A stretch of DNA of 64,000 nt from Eledone cirrhosa (GCA_964016885.1 OZ024766.1:19840001-19904000), one strand, 5' to 3'; counted from the first letter of the stretch, positions 13,853-29,528 are shown. Made by a program: numbers and translations. The notes: generated by a model not told the origin, from the sequence alone.

Positions 13853-15018
13853 ATAAAGTCAAATATCTAAAATCTGGCTTCGTTTATTATAAATTAAAGA
13901 TGTACTGTTATATACATTTCGGTGTCAGCCATCATTTGGTGAGACCTCTTCAGGCAGTCCGAATTGGTGTGGTAGAGACAGGTACACATGTTGTTGAAGT
14001 GTGTTTTACTCCGTCAATACATTATGTCCAGCTGCTGGTTGTTTTGTTATCCCTCTGAGGGACAAAACAACCTACATACTTGGTCAAGTGCTCCAATCTG
14101 CATACTGAGGTATATATATGTATATATATATGTATGTATGTATATATATGTATATATATATGTATGTATGTATATATATATATATATATATGTGTATGTA
14201 TATGTATATATATATATATGTATGTATATGTATATATATATATATATATGTATATGTAGATATGTATTTATATATATATATATGTATATATGTATGTATA
14301 TGTATGTATGTATGTATATGTAGATATGTATTTATATATATATGTATGTATATGTAGATATGTATTTATATATATATGTATGTATATATATATATATATG
14401 TATGTATATATATATATATATGTATGTATATATATATATGTATGTATGTATGTATGTATATGTATGTATGTATGTATATGTAGATATGTATTTATATATG
14501 TATATATGTATATGTATATATATATATGTATATGTATGTATATATATATATATGTATATGTATGTATATATATATATATGTATATGTATGTATATATATA
14601 TATATGTATATGTATGTATATATATATATATGTATATGTATGTATATACATATATATATAGATACATATATATATGTATATGTATGTATATATATATATA
14701 CATATATATATGAATGTATATATATATATGTTTATATCTATGTATGTATGTATATATGTATGTATGTATGTATATATATATGTGTATGTATGTATATATA
14801 TATGTGTATGTATATATATATATGTGTATGTATATATATATATGTGTATGTATGTATATATATATGCATGTATATATATATATGTGTATATATATATATG
14901 CATGTGTGTATGTGTATGTATATGTGTATATATATGTTTATATATATATATATATATGCATATATATTATATATACATAATGGTGTAGGTTATTTATACA
15001 TAACAATATATATATATC

Positions 15019-15074
<56 letters not shown>

Positions 15075-15133
15075 TACGTGTGTTTGTATATATATATATA
15101 TGTATATATAATAATGTGTCTGTTTTCTTTCAG

Positions 15134-15261
15134 AAACAACGGAAAGCAGCCGAGCTGCTGCTGCTGCTGCTGCAGCACTCGCACTGCCACCTGGTGTCAC
15201 AGAAAAAGATGTAGATTTATTTAAACGGGCCCAGGAAAAGGCTCAGCAGGCTCTTTATGAG
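15134..15261 (+). CDS. KAT6: KAT6 exon d ([26 protein letters not shown])
   Basis: ttttctttcag acceptor, gag|gtaaat donor; matches the VTEKDxELF pre-MYST helix. Confidence 0.92.
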
Positions 15262-15289
15262 GTAAATATTGTTGTGGTGGTGGTTGTTG

Positions 15290-15900
15290 CAAGCCCAATG
15301 CTCTAACCACTAAGCCACGTGACTCATCATCATCATCATCATTTCATTTTACGTCCGCCTTTCCCTGCTTGCAAGGGTGGGACGGGAACTGGTTCTGGCT
15401 TGATTTCTACAGCTGGATGCCCTTCCTAACACCAACCTCATTTACAGTGAGTGCTGGGTGCTTTTATTTGCCGTGGCACCTCCACGACCACTTTACAGTG
15501 AGTGCTGGTTGCTTTTTTGCCGTGGCACCTCCACGACCACTTTACAGTGAGTGCTGGTTGCTTTTTTGCCGTGGCACCTCCACGACCACTTTACAGTGAG
15601 TGCTGGGTGCTTTTTTGCCGTGGCACCTCCACGACCACTTTACAGTGAGTGCTGGGTGCTTTTTTGTCGTGGCACCTCCACGACCACTTTACAGTGAGTG
15701 CTGGGTGCTTTTTTGCTGTGGCACCTCCACGACCACTTTACAGTGAGTGCTGGTTGCTTTTTTGTCGTGGCACCACCACGACCACTTTACAGTGAGTGCT
15801 GGGTGCTTTTTTGCTGTGGCACCTCCACGACCACTTTACAGTGAGTGCTGGGTGCTTTTTTGTCGTGGCACCACCACGACCACTTTACAGTGAGTGCTGG
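15290..15900 (-). mobile_element. Partial CORE/V SINE with ~9 49-bp repeats
   Basis: Same tail and 49-mer as 1938-3225. Confidence 0.85.
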
Positions 15901-16749
15901 GTGAGGGAGTGAGAGGGGAGAGTAAGAAACAGAGGCAAATTGAACGCTTTTTTTGATACACTATGTATATGTGTCAGATGTAAAGACGTGTGTGATGTGT
16001 GTGGAAGTAAGAGGGGAAGGAAAGCAATAACTATTAACATGTGTGCGTGTTTGTGTGTATGTACGTGCGCGTATGTTTGTGTGTATGTATGTGTGCGTGT
16101 GTTTGTGTGTGTATGTATGTGCGCGTATGTTTGTGTTTGCATGTGTGTTTGTGTGTGTATGTACGTGCGCGTATGTTTGTGTTTGTATGTAACTGCGTGT
16201 ATGTTTGTGTGTGTATGTACGTGCTCGTATGTTTGTGTGTATGTACGTGTGTGTATGTGTATGTACGTGTGCGTATGTTTGTGTGTGTATGTTTGTGTGT
16301 TTATGTACGTGCGCGTATGTTTGTGTGTGTATGTACGTGCACGTATGTTTGTGTGTATGTACGTGCGCGTATGTTTGTGTGTTTATGTACGTGCGCGTAT
16401 GTTTGTGTGTGTATGTACGTGCGCGTATGTTTGTGTGTATGTACGTGCGCGTATGTTTGTGTGTGTATGTACGTGCGCGTATGTTTGTGTGTGTGTGTGT
16501 GTGTATATACGTGTGCATATGCTTGTTTGTGTGCGTGCGTGCAAGCGTTCCACAGAAAGTGAAATCTATCAACACGTGAGTGTGTGCACGCGCGCGTGTA
16601 AGTGCACAGGTGCGCGTGTAAGTTGGCGTGGGTGTGCGCGGTTCGACGCATGCAAGCATGTGTGTGTACGTGCAGCGTTGCACAATTGCCACGCAGTTTA
16701 TCTGCCCGTGTGCCTCTATATACTAATGGGGTTGTTTCTCTCTTTGCAG

Positions 16750-17105
16750 GCATCGTGTAACGGGTTAGACAAGAAAAGCAGTGAGACAACAGATGGCAGC
16801 ACCAGTGTGGCTGTCAGTGGCAGCGCCACGACTGGGACGGTGGGCACCCTGTCGGCGTCGGCAACAACAGTCACCACGGCAACAGCCGCCGCCGCTGTGA
16901 ACACGACGGCGGTGCCAACAACGTGCCCAGGCTCACCCCTTTCCTCTTCCTCGTCATCGTCCTCCTCATCTTCCACTACATCATCCATCCCATCACACCC
17001 AGCCCCAGCCCCAGACACTCAGGGACGCTTTCCACCATGTATAGTGTTTGGCAAGTATGAAATTCAGACGTGGTATTCTTCACCATATCCTCAAGAATAT
17101 GCAAG
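16750..17105 (+). CDS. KAT6: KAT6 exon e: start of MYST ([27 protein letters not shown])
   Basis: tttgcag acceptor, ag|gtttgt donor; canonical MYST N-terminal motif. Confidence 0.95.
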
Positions 17106-17206
17106 GTTTGTACTTATTCCTTTGCTACTGTTATTACTTTCCCCAGGCAATGCCGGGTGTTCCAGCTAGTATATTTATTAAACTTTCTGATACCAAACCA
17201 CCTTAA

Positions 17207-18463
17207 CTCTTTAGCATTTACATTACTCTCTCTCTCTCTCTCTCTATACACACTATTATATTGTCACAGTAAAGGCTTTACCTCACATAACATTTACATT
17301 ACTCTATATATACTATTGTATTGTCACAGTAAAGGCTTTACCTCACATAATATCTCACATAACATTTACATTACTCTATATATACTATTGTATTGTCACA
17401 GTAAAGGCTTTACCTCACATAATACCCCACATAACATTTACATTACTCTATATATACTATTGTATTGTCACAGTAAAGGCTTTACCTCACATAATATCTC
17501 ACATAACATTTACATTACTCTATATATACTATTGTATTGTCACAGTAAAGGCTTTACCTCACATAATATCTCACATAACATTTACATTACTCTATATATA
17601 CTATTGTATTGTCACAGTAAAGGCTTTACCTCACATAATACCTCACATAACATTTACATTACTCTATATATACTATTGTATTGTCACAGTAAAGGCTTTA
17701 CCTCACATAATATCTCACATAACATTTACATTACTCTATATATACTATTGTATTGTCACAGTAAAGGCTTTACCTCACATAATACCTCACATAACATTTA
17801 CATTACTCTATATATACTATTGTATTGTCACAGTAAAGGCTTTACCTCACATAATATCTCACATAACATTTACATTACTCTATATATACTACTGTATTGT
17901 CACAGTAAAGGCTTTACCTCACATAATATCTCACATAACATTTACATTACTCTATATATACTATTGTATTGTCACAGTAAAGGCTTTACCTCACATAATA
18001 TCTCACATAACATTTACATTACTCTATATATACTACTGTATTGTCACAGTAAAGGCTTTACCTCACATAATACCTCACATAACATTTACATTACTCTATA
18101 TATACTATTGTATTGTCACAGTAACGGCTTTACCTCACATAATATCTCACATAACATCTACATTACTCTATATATACTATTGTATTGTCACAGTAAAGGC
18201 TTTACCTCACATAATATCTCGCATAACATTTACATTACTCTATATATACTATTGTATTGTCACAGTAAAGGCTTTACCTCACATAATATCTCACATAACA
18301 TTTACATTACTCTATATATACTATTGTATTGTCACGGTAAAGGCTTTACCTCACATAATACCTCACATAACATTTACATTACTCTATATATACTATTGTA
18401 TAATTAAGTACGGCCAGTTTGAACAGAAAGAGGTGAGATAATTCTAGTTTCAATGCTGATGGG
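17207..18463 (+). mobile_element. piggyBac-like MITE with ~16 internal 72-bp repeats
   Basis: TTAA on both sides; degenerate TIRs CTCTTTAGCATT...AATGCTGATGGG. Confidence 0.7.
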
Positions 18464-18483
18464 TTAATGCTCAAATCGTTTTA

Positions 18484-18810
18484 TTTGTTATACTTTGGGA
18501 GGGTCATGTTGCCAATAAGAAACACACGCACCAGTTGCTTTCACTTCAATTTATTATATATTTATAAATTTATAAATTTACAAATTTACAAACTTATAAA
18601 TTTCTGGTTGGTTGGTTGGTTCCACAACCAGATAGTTGTTTATATATAGTCATAGTCCTTTCGTCACACACTCTGTGACCTCTTCAGTGATTGGGGGATT
18701 CCTTTCTTCGTTTCTGTGCCTTTCCTTTCTTCTATCCTACGCCATTTTGTTTCTGTGTGTGTGTGTTGTGTGCTCAGTTTGCGCATGCGCCACATCCGGG
18801 TGTCTGTGTG
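18484..18810 (-). mobile_element. Solo arm of the 8743 fold-back family with hammerhead motif (18649-18691)
   Basis: Near-identical to 8743-9055. Confidence 0.75.
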
Positions 18811-18870
18811 TGTTTGTGTTCATTTATCTATTTGTTTATTTATTTATTGTGTTTTATTTGTGTTTTTCAG

Positions 18871-18943
18871 ATTACCAAAATTATACATATGTGAATTTTG
18901 TTTAAAATTTATGAAAAGTCGAAGCATATTACAGAGGCATATG
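18871..18943 (+). CDS. KAT6: KAT6 exon f: MYST C2HC zinc finger ([24 protein letters not shown])
   Basis: tttttcag acceptor, atg|gtaagt donor. Confidence 0.96.
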
Positions 18944-19334
18944 GTAAGTTTTTCTAGAAAGATCCTCCTTATTTTGTTGAATTGATTTTCAAATGAGACC
19001 AAGGAAACATATACACAATCATATGTATATACAAATATCATCATCATCATTTTATGTCCGCTTTTCCCTGCTTGCAAGGGTTGGACGGGTCCTATTTAGC
19101 ACAACATCTCACCACTTGTCACGGTCCTTTGTCATCTCCTCGGTGATTTAATATAATTTAATATAATAAAGATTATATATATGTGTTCAAATCATAATTG
19201 TTTCTACGTTAGGCACAAGGCCAGCAATTACCCAGTGTATTACTGGTACTTTATTTTATCGACCCCGTAAGGATGATAGCCAAAGTTAACCTCGGAGGGA
19301 TTTGAACTCAGAATGTTAAGGGCTGTAACTCTAT

Positions 19335-19560
19335 GCGTCAGACATATTGTAGTGTCGTTAGCTATATATAATAGTCGTCAGACATATTGTAGTGTCGTTA
19401 GCTATATATAATAGTCGTCAGACATATTGTAGTGTCGTTAGCTATATATAATAGTCGTCAGACATATTGTAGTGTCGTTAGCTATATATAATAGTCGTCA
19501 GACATATTGTAGTGTCGTTAGCTATATATAATAGTCGTCAGACATATTGTAGTGTCGTTC
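19335..19560. repeat. 40-bp tandem repeat (gtcagacatattgtagtgtcgttagctatatataatagtc) x~5.5
   Basis: Direct inspection; flanked by duplicated RTE 3' ends (19050-19165, 19561-19690) and a Meta-SINE piece. Confidence 0.9.
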
Positions 19561-19775
19561 ATCATTTTATGTCCGCTTTTCCCTGCTTGCAAGGGTTGGA
19601 CGGGTCCTATTTAGCACAGCATCTCACCACTTGTCACGGTCCTTTGTCATCTCCTCGGTGATTTAATATAATTTAATATAATTTAATATAATAAAGATAT
19701 ATATATAACACAGATATATATATATATATATATGTGTAATGTAAATAACACAGATATATATATATATATATATGT

Positions 19776-19895
19776 GAAGGCGTGTGGCTGAGTGGTTAGA
19801 GAATTGGATTCGCAATCGTAAGGTTGTGAGTTCGATTCCTGGACCAGGCGATGCGTTATGTCCTTGAGCAAGACACTTTATTTCACGTTGCTCCT
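19776..19895 (+). mobile_element. tRNA-SINE head with CORE box
   Basis: TGGCTGAGTGG A box, GAGTTCGATTCC B box, TCCTTGAGCAAGACAC. Confidence 0.75.
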
Positions 19896-20586
19896 TCTAC
19901 CTGGAGTTGCGACCGATAGATAGTATTAGCAATTGGAAAGACCAACGGAAACATTGTTTCCTCGGTCCGATTTGACGAAAGTCGATCGTTAAAAAAAAAA
20001 AAAATATATATATATATGTGTTCAAATCATAAGGGACCAGATTCACTAGGGTGAATAAGTTACTAACTATAAACAATACTGTTTGCCAGACTCAATTAAA
20101 AAGAATGAATTAAGAAATGGTACAAACCGAATGATAACTATCAAACATCCAGACCGTCTTTGGTAAAACAGTTTCACATCAAGTGATGGGAATTGCAAAT
20201 TCCATTGCTCTTCAGTGGATTTAGGAATTAGTAGACCTTTCACTTCTAGCTTTCTTAGAAGACTAAATGTAACGCGCGTTTAACCCTTTAGTGTTCAAAC
20301 CGCCCGATATCGCCCGAAAACAACCACGCTAAAAAATCGTTTCCAAAATAAACAAACCATCATCAAAATCTCGTTGTTTCGAGATTACTGGGAGATTACT
20401 GGGAGATTACTGGGTGTAAGAGGGATAAGTTGTGGTGTGCAGGAGAGAAGGCTGATATTTTTAGCATTCACAATAACAAAATATAAACAAACGTATTTAT
20501 TTCACTAGGCTCGATAAGGATAAATATATATCAAATATATAAGAACCCTAGAGCAAATCCCGAGCAACGCTGGGCCATTCTGCTAG

Positions 20587-20643
20587 TATATATATAAATT
20601 TGTGTCTCTTTTTGTTTGTGCCCTGCAGGATAAGTGTGGTTTA
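20587..20643 (+). pseudogene. Duplicated 3' splice site plus first 15 nt of exon g
   Basis: tataaatttgtgtctctttttgtttgtgccctgcagGATAAGTGTGGTTTA vs true site tataaatttgtgtctctttttgtttatgtcctccagGATAAGTGTGGTTTA. Confidence 0.9.
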
Positions 20644-20647
20644 TTAA

Positions 20648-21984
<1,337 letters not shown>

Positions 21985-22039
21985 TAAAGTTATGTTGGTC
22001 CCACAACATCCAGGCCGAAACAAATGAGATCGTGTAGGT

Positions 22040-22602
22040 GTCACGACAAAAAACACACAGTCCACGCTGTAAATGTGGCCGTGTAGGCAACACGGTAAAA
22101 ACCTCCCAGCCCCACACTGTAAATGTGGTTGGTGTTAGGAAGGGCATCCAGCTGTAGAAAACCCGCCAGACAGTCCACGCTGTAATGTGGCCGTGTAGGC
22201 AACACGGTAAAAACCTCCCAGCCCCACACTGTAAATGTGGTTGGTGTTAGGAAGGGCATCCAGCCGTAGAAAACCCGCCAGACAGTCCACGCTGTAATGT
22301 GGCCGCGTAGGCAACACGGTAAAAACCTCCCAGTCCCACACTGTAAATGTGGTTGGTGTTAGGAAGGGCATCCAGCTTTAGAAAACCCGCCAGACAGTCC
22401 ACGCTGTAATGTGGCCGTGTAGGCAACACGGTAAAAACCTCCCAGCCCCACACTGTAAATGTGGTTGGTGTTAGGAAGGGCATCCAACTGTAGAAAACCC
22501 GCCAGACAGTCCTATGCGAGCAAGACAACCACTCTTGCCTCAAGTGGGAAAACCCCCGTCCAAACCCATGCAAGCATGGAACACGGACGCTAAACCTGAT
22601 GA

Positions 22603-22605
<3 letters not shown>
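22040..22605 (+). mobile_element. SINE 3' half with 112-bp tandem amplification
   Basis: ggttggtgttaggaagggcatcc V-like box repeated 4x, RTE-type tail; relative at 28845-29360. Confidence 0.75.
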
Positions 22606-22647
<42 letters not shown>

Positions 22648-22924
22648 AAAGTTTTATTTAAAATTGTTGGGTTACAACGAGTAAATATTTTATAACTGAT
22701 ATAAAGCACTCAACAAGTTTTGGAGTAGATATACGATATTAAACAAATGGAAACTATATTTATAAAACCATATTTATTTCATTATACATATTTCAGGGAT
22801 ACCATGTTAAAAATATGGCATGCCTTCTTCAGATAAAATACAATATATAAGCAGTTTTATAAATAAATTTGACGTACCATAGAATTTTGAACAACTTCCA
22901 TTTAAAAAAGTTTGCTATATATAT

Positions 22925-23159
22925 ATATTTATTAAAATAACAGATTAAAGTTTAAGCAAAGAATCGCTGCTTTCACCCTTAACGGGATCTTCTGAAACTA
23001 ACAAAGTCAATCTGTAAACGCAGAACTGGATATTTCAAAAAACGTTGCAACTATACAGTTCTGCGTTTACAGATTGACTTTGTTAGTTTCAGAAGATCCC
23101 GTTAAGGGTGAAAGCAGCGATTCTTTGCTTAAACTTTAATCTGTTATTTTAATAAATAT
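22925..23159. repeat. Perfect 104-bp inverted repeat with 27-nt spacer
   Basis: 22925-23028 is the reverse complement of 23056-23159; same family as 13030-13230. Confidence 0.92.
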
Positions 23160-23241
23160 TTTCTCTACGGTTCTTATATATTTGATATATATTTTCCTTA
23201 TCGAGCCCTCTTTGGATTTTAGTCTTCAATTTTATTATTAT

Positions 23242-23316
<75 letters not shown>

Positions 23317-23530
23317 ACCACAATCCTCCATCTCAACTCTACATTTGGAAAGCAGAAGAACTGCGAAACCGGTAAAGAAACCGAATAAATATATATATAT
23401 ATATATATATTTATATAAAGAAGACTCCAGTTGCATTTTCGATTTCATCTTTTTTTCTTTATACTTTCACTCGTGTAGGACACCTCGGTATTTTTTTTCA
23501 TTTTGTAAAAAAACCTCACTTTCTAATAGG

Positions 23531-23562
<32 letters not shown>

Positions 23563-23617
23563 TACACACATATAACAATATATCTTCCAACAGAAATGGT
23601 CGCATTCTGTAAGGGTA

Positions 23618-24896
23618 TCATCATCATCATCATCATTTTATGTCCGCTTTTTCCCTGCTTGCAAGGGTGGACGGGAACTGGTTCTGGCTTGATTTCTACA
23701 GCTGGATGCCCTTCCTAACACCAACCTCATTTACAGTGAGTGCTGGGTGCTTTTTTGCCGTGGCACCTCCACGACTACTTTACAGTGAGTGCTGGGTGCT
23801 TTTTTGCCGTGGCACCTCCACGACCACTTTACAGTGAGTGCTGGGTGCTTTTTTTGCCGTGGCACCTCCACGACCACTTTACAATGAGTGCTGGGTGCTT
23901 TTTTGCCGTGGCACCTCCACGACCACTTTACAGTGAGTGCTGGGTGCTTTTTTGCCGTGACACCTCCACGACCACTTTACAGTGAGTGCTGGGTGCTTTT
24001 TTTGCTGTGGCACCTCCACGACCACTTTACAGTGAGTGCTGGGTGCTTTTTTTGCTGTGGCACCTCCACGACCACTTTACAGTGAGTGCTGGGTGCTTTT
24101 TTGCCGTGGCACCTCCACGACCACTTTACAGTGAGTGCTGGGTGCTTTTTTGCCGTGGCACCTCCACGACCACTTTACAGTGTGTGCTGGGTGCTTTTTT
24201 TGCCGTGGCACCTCCACGACCACTTTACAATGAGTGCTGGGTGCTTTTTTGCCGTGGCACCTCCACGACCACTTTACAGAGAGTGCTGGGTGCTTTTTTG
24301 CCGTGGCACCTCCACGACCACTTTACAGTGAGTGCTGGGTGCTTTTTTGCTGTGGCACCTCCACATGACCACTATACAGTGAGTGCTGGGTGCTTTTTTG
24401 CCATGGCACCTCCACGACCACTTTGCAGTGAGAGATGGGTGCTTTTTTGCTGTGGCACCTCCACATGACCACTATACAGTGAGTGCTGGGTGCTTTTTTG
24501 CCGTGGCACCTCCACGACCACTTTACAATGAGTGCTGGGTGCTTTTTTTGGCGTGGCACCTCCATGACCACTTTACAGTGAGTGCTGGGTGCTTTTTTGC
24601 CGTGGCACCTCCACGACCACTTTACAGTGAGTGCTGGGTGCTTTTTTTGCCGTGGCACCTCCACGACCACTTTACAGTGAGTGCTGGGTGCTTTTTTGCC
24701 GTGGCACCTCCACGACCACTTTACAGTGGAATGATAGGGACCGCAGTCCCTATCATCTCATTTCTACAGCTGAGTAAACTGGAGCAATGTGAAATAAAGT
24801 GTCTTGCTCAAGGAAACAACACATCACCCGGTCTGAGAATTGAACTCACACATCCTTTCAATTGCAAGGCCAATGCTCTAACCACTAAGCCATGTG

Positions 24897-24898
<2 letters not shown>
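23618..24898 (-). mobile_element. CORE/V SINE with ~20 49-bp repeats
   Basis: Full head-body-tail as at 1938. Confidence 0.88.
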
Positions 24899-24970
<72 letters not shown>

Positions 24971-25197
24971 ACATTCATTTGATTTATTGATTTATTGATA
25001 TTTTATCTGAGTGTCCCGAATCTTCCAGATCGTAATTTTTCGGTCGTATGGTTGATTTTAGACATGTTCTATATGTGTGTCGGTATTTTAACGATAGTTA
25101 TAGCTCTGATTTATCTTAATTATTGAGCCCTCTGCCGCTCATTTTGAATTTTGTTTATCGTGAACTCGTGCGCCGATTTTTCGATACTTGATTATTC

Positions 25198-25233
<36 letters not shown>

Positions 25234-25457
25234 TGTTTAATTAACTGTATTTATCTGGGCGATTACACTGTCGAAATATTCAATAAATATTCCGTCGCAG
25301 CCGACGCGAAGGGCTAGTTTCGGGTATTTGTTGGGGATTTCTTCATAGAAGCCTTATTCTTATAGCCTAGTCTATTCGATTTTTTATATAGTTGATTATG
25401 CTAATTGGGAGAGGAAATGGTATATATTTTATCTGGTGATTCTATAGACATGTTTTA

Positions 25458-25499
<42 letters not shown>

Positions 25500-25881
25500 G
25501 GAGGCACATGGCTTAGTGGTTAGAGCATTAGCCTTGCAATCGAAAAGTTGTGAGTTCAATTCTCAGACCGGGTGATGTGTTGTTTCCTTGAGCAAGACAC
25601 TTTATTTCACATTGCTCCAGTTTACTCAGCTGTAGAAATGAGATGATAGGGACTGGTGTCCCTATCATTCCACTGCAAAGTGAACGTGGAGGTGCCACGG
25701 CAAAAAAGCACCCAGCACTCACTGTAAAGTGGTCGTGGAGGTGCCACGGCAAAAAAGCACCCAGCACTCACTGTAAATGAGGTTGGTGTTAGGAAGGGCA
25801 TCCAGCTGTAGAAATCTAGCCAGAATCAGTTCCCGTCCCACCCTTGCAAGCAGGGAAAAGTGGACGTAAAATGATGATGAT
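25500..25881 (+). mobile_element. Full-length CORE/V SINE in sense orientation (2 repeat units)
   Basis: GGAGGCACATGGCTTAGTGG...GGACGTAAAATGATGATGA. Confidence 0.9.
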
Positions 25882-26002
25882 ATATATGGGTGACTTTATT
25901 TCATGGAGCCAAAGCTGGTTTGGTGACTAAAGGGTTAAACCAAGGAACCGTAAAAACTCTTTTAATCGTTATCATGTGTTCCCATTTCTTTTATATTTTT
26001 AG

Positions 26003-26110
<108 letters not shown>

Positions 26111-26177
26111 TAATAATTATTTCATTGTTAACACTAGCAGAAAAACCACCGAAGCATGTGTAGTGACCATGTTGATA

Positions 26178-28690
26178 TTACGAACGAAAGGCCAGTTGTA
26201 TGATGCCTGTGCGAGGAGAGCGATGCTGCGTGGTAGAGTGACATGGGCAGCAACTGCAGAGGACGGGTTGGAAGAAGTTTAGGGAGCTGCTTCCTCTGCT
26301 GACGAAGAAGGGTTTCTCCCTGCGTACGAAAGGCCGGTTATATGATTGCCTGTGCGAGGAGAGCGGTGCTGCGTGGTAGAGTGACATGGGCAGCAACTGC
26401 AGAGGACGGGTTGGAAGAAGTTTAGGGAGCTGCTTCCTCTGCTGACGAAGAAGGGTTTCTCCCTGCGTACGAAAGGCCGGTTATATGATTGCCTGTGCGA
26501 GGAGCGCGGTGCTGCGTGGTAGAGTGACATGGGCAGCAACTGCAGAGGACGGGTTGGAAGAAGTTTAGGGAGCTGCTTCCTCTGCTGACGAAGAAGGGTT
26601 TCTCCCTGCGTACGAAAGGCCGGTTGTATGATTGCCTGTGTGAGGAGAGCGATGCTGCGTGGTAGAGTGACATGGGCAGCAACTGCAGAGGACGGGTTGG
26701 AAGAAGTTTAGGGAGCTGCTTCCTCTGCTGACGAAGAAGGGTTTCTCCCTGCGTATGAAAGGCCGGTTATATGATTGCCTGTGTGAGGAGAGCGATGCTG
26801 CGTGGTAGAGTGACATGGGCAGCAACTGCAGAGGACGGGTTGGAAGAAGTTTAGGGAGCTGCTTCCTCTGCTGACGAAGAAGGGTTTCTCCCTGCGTATG
26901 AAAGGCCGGTTATATGATTGCCTGTGTGAGGAGAGCGATGCTGCGTGGTAGAGTGACATGGGCAGCAACTGCAGAGGACGGGTTGGAAGAAGTTTAGGGA
27001 GCTGCTTCCTCTGCTGACGAAGAAGGGTTTCTCCCTGCGTATGAAAGGCCGGTTATATGATTGCCTGTGCGAGGAGAGCGGTGCTGCGTGGTAGAGTGAC
27101 ATGGGCAGCAACTGCAGAGGACGGGTTGGAAGAAGTTTAGGGAGCTGCTTCCTCTGCTGACGAAGAAGGGTTTCTCCCTGCGTACGAAAGGCCGGTTATA
27201 TGATTGCCTGTGCGAGGAGAGCGGTGCTGCGTGGTAGAGTGACATGGGCAGCAACTGCAGAGGACGGGTTGGAAGAAGTTTAGGGAGCTGCTTCCTCTGC
27301 TGACGAAGAAGGGTTTCTCCCTGCGTACGAAAGGCCGGTTATATGATGCCTGTGTGAGGAGCGCGATGCTGCATGGTAGTGAGACATGGGCAGCTACCGC
27401 AGAAGATATGCGACGGCTGGAGAGAAATGAGACAAGCATGCTCTGTTGGATGTGCAGTGTAAATGTGTGTGAACGACCCAGCATGGATGTGTTGAGAGAG
27501 AAACTGTGTATAAGAGGGATAAGTTGTGGTGTGGGGGAGAAGACTGAGGTAGTATGGACATGTGATGTGTTGAGAGAGAAACTGGGTATAAGAGGGATAA
27601 GTTGTGGTGTGTGGGTGAGAAGACTGAGGTGGTATGGAGATGTGATGTGTTGAGAGAGAAACTGGGTATAAGAGGGATAAGTTGTGGTGTGTGGGTGAGA
27701 AGACTGAGGTGGTATGGAGATGTGATGTGTTGAGTGAGAAACTGGGTATAAGAGGGATAAGTTGTAGTGTGTGGGAGAGGAGACTGAGATGGTATGGACA
27801 TGTGATGTGTTGAGAGAGAAACTGGGTATAAGAGGGATAAGTTGTGGTGTGGGGGAGAAGACTGAGGTAGTATGGACATGTGATGTGTTGAGAGAGAAAC
27901 TGGGTATAAGAGGGATTAGTTGTGGTGTGTGGGAGAGGAGACTGAGATGGTATGGACATGTGATGTGTTGAGAGAGAAACTGGGTATAAGAGGGATAAGT
28001 TGTGGTGTGTGGGAGAGGAGACTGAGGTGGTATGGACACGTGATGTGTTGAGAGAGAAGACTGTGGTGGTATGGACATGTGATGTGTTGAGAGAGAAACT
28101 GGGTATAAGAGGGATAAGTTGTGGTGTGTGGGAGAGGAGACTGGGATGGTATGGACATGTGATGTGTTGAGAGAGAAACTGTGTATAAGAGGGATAAATT
28201 GTGGTGTGTGGGAGAGAAGACTGAGATGGTATGGACATGTGATGTGTTGAGAGAGGAACTGGGTATAAGAGGGATAAGTTGTGGTGTGTGGGAGAGAAGA
28301 CTGAGATGGTATGGACATGTGATGTGTTGAGAGAGGAACTGGGTATAAGAGGGATAAGTTGTAGTGTGTGGGAGAGAAGACTGAGATGGTATGGACATGT
28401 GATGTGTTGAGAGAGGAACTGGGTATAAGAGGGATAAGTTGTGGTGTGTGGGAGAGAAGACTGTCGTGGTATGGACATGTGATGTGTTGAGAGAGAAACT
28501 GTCTGAGAGGGATAGATTGTAGTGTACGGGAGAGGAGACTGAGGTGGTATGGACATGTGATGTGTTGAGAGAGAAACTGTGTATAAGAGGGATAAGTTGT
28601 GGTGTGTGGGAGAGGAGACTGAGATGGTATGGACATGTGATGTGTTGAGAGAGAAACTGGGTATAAGAGGGATAAGTTGTGGTGTGCGAG
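26178..28690 (+). mobile_element. RTE-clade LINE post-RT fragment expanded into 143-bp (x~8) and ~60-bp (x~19) tandem arrays
   Basis: GWKKFRELLPLLTKKGFSLRTKGRLYDACVRSAMLHGSETWA...LREKLGIRGI...RRLRWYGHV. Confidence 0.85.
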
Positions 28691-29381
28691 AGATATAAAA
28701 GATACAGAAGCGAAAACCAACCACACAGTGAGTGTGTCCTGTTATGAATTCTGGCAATATTACAACAATATGACCCTCCCCAAGTATAACAATATTTGTT
28801 TCGACACGATTTCATATCAAAAACCTTGCAAAACAAATACATATATTAGGTGTCACGACAAAAAAAACACACAGTCCACGCTGTAATGTGGCCGTGTAGG
28901 TAACGCGGTTAAAACCTCCCAGTTCCACACTGTAAACGTGGTTGGTGTTAGGAAGGGCATCCAGCCGTAGAAAACCTGCCAGACGTGTAGGTGTCACGAC
29001 AAAAAAACACAGTCGACGCTGTAATGTGGCCGTGTAGGTAACGTGGTTAAAACCTCCCAGTCCACACTGTAAATGTGGTTGGTGTTAGGAAGGGCATCCA
29101 GCCGTAGAAAACCTGCCAGACGTGTAGGTGTCACGACAAAAAAACACAGTCGACGCTGTAATGTGGCCGTGTAGGTAACGCGGTTAAAACCTCCCAGTCC
29201 ACACTGTAAATGTGGTTGGTGTTAAGAAGGGCATCCAGCCGTAGAAAACCCGCCAGACAGTCCTATACGAGCAGGACAACCAAACTTGCCTCAAGTGGGA
29301 AAACTCCCGTCCAAACCCATGCAAGCGTGGAAGATGGACGTTAAATGATGATGACGATGATATATATTTTTGTATTTCTAG

Positions 29382-29528
29382 GTTATCTGCTGTCGCGAGT
29401 TGAAGGTCAACCTGGCTCACCAGAAAAGCCCCTGTCAGAATTGGGTAAGGTTAGCTACCGGTCCTACTGGAAAAGTATTATGATTGAATACCTGTATAAG
29501 TCTAATGACACCAAGGTCACCATCAAAG
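29382..29528 (+). CDS. KAT6: KAT6 exon i: [32 protein letters not shown] (catalytic Glu)
   Basis: tttctag acceptor, g|gtaagt donor. Confidence 0.97.

Noticed and set aside
10434-15224. Long YI/CV/HT-rich ORFs on both strands (also 33022-34391, 45144-46116)
   Set aside because: Alternating purine-pyrimidine microsatellites lack stop codons
25500-25575. tRNA gene (also 19776-19850)
   Set aside because: A/B boxes run into CORE box and LINE tail without a proper acceptor stem or terminator, so these are SINE heads
27137-28842. 529/472/308-aa minus-strand ORFs
   Set aside because: Antisense reading of the amplified RTE fragment
29437-29442. PLSELG instead of the usual PLSDLG in MYST
   Set aside because: Conservative change; catalytic Glu/Cys, QRKGYG and zinc ligands are intact
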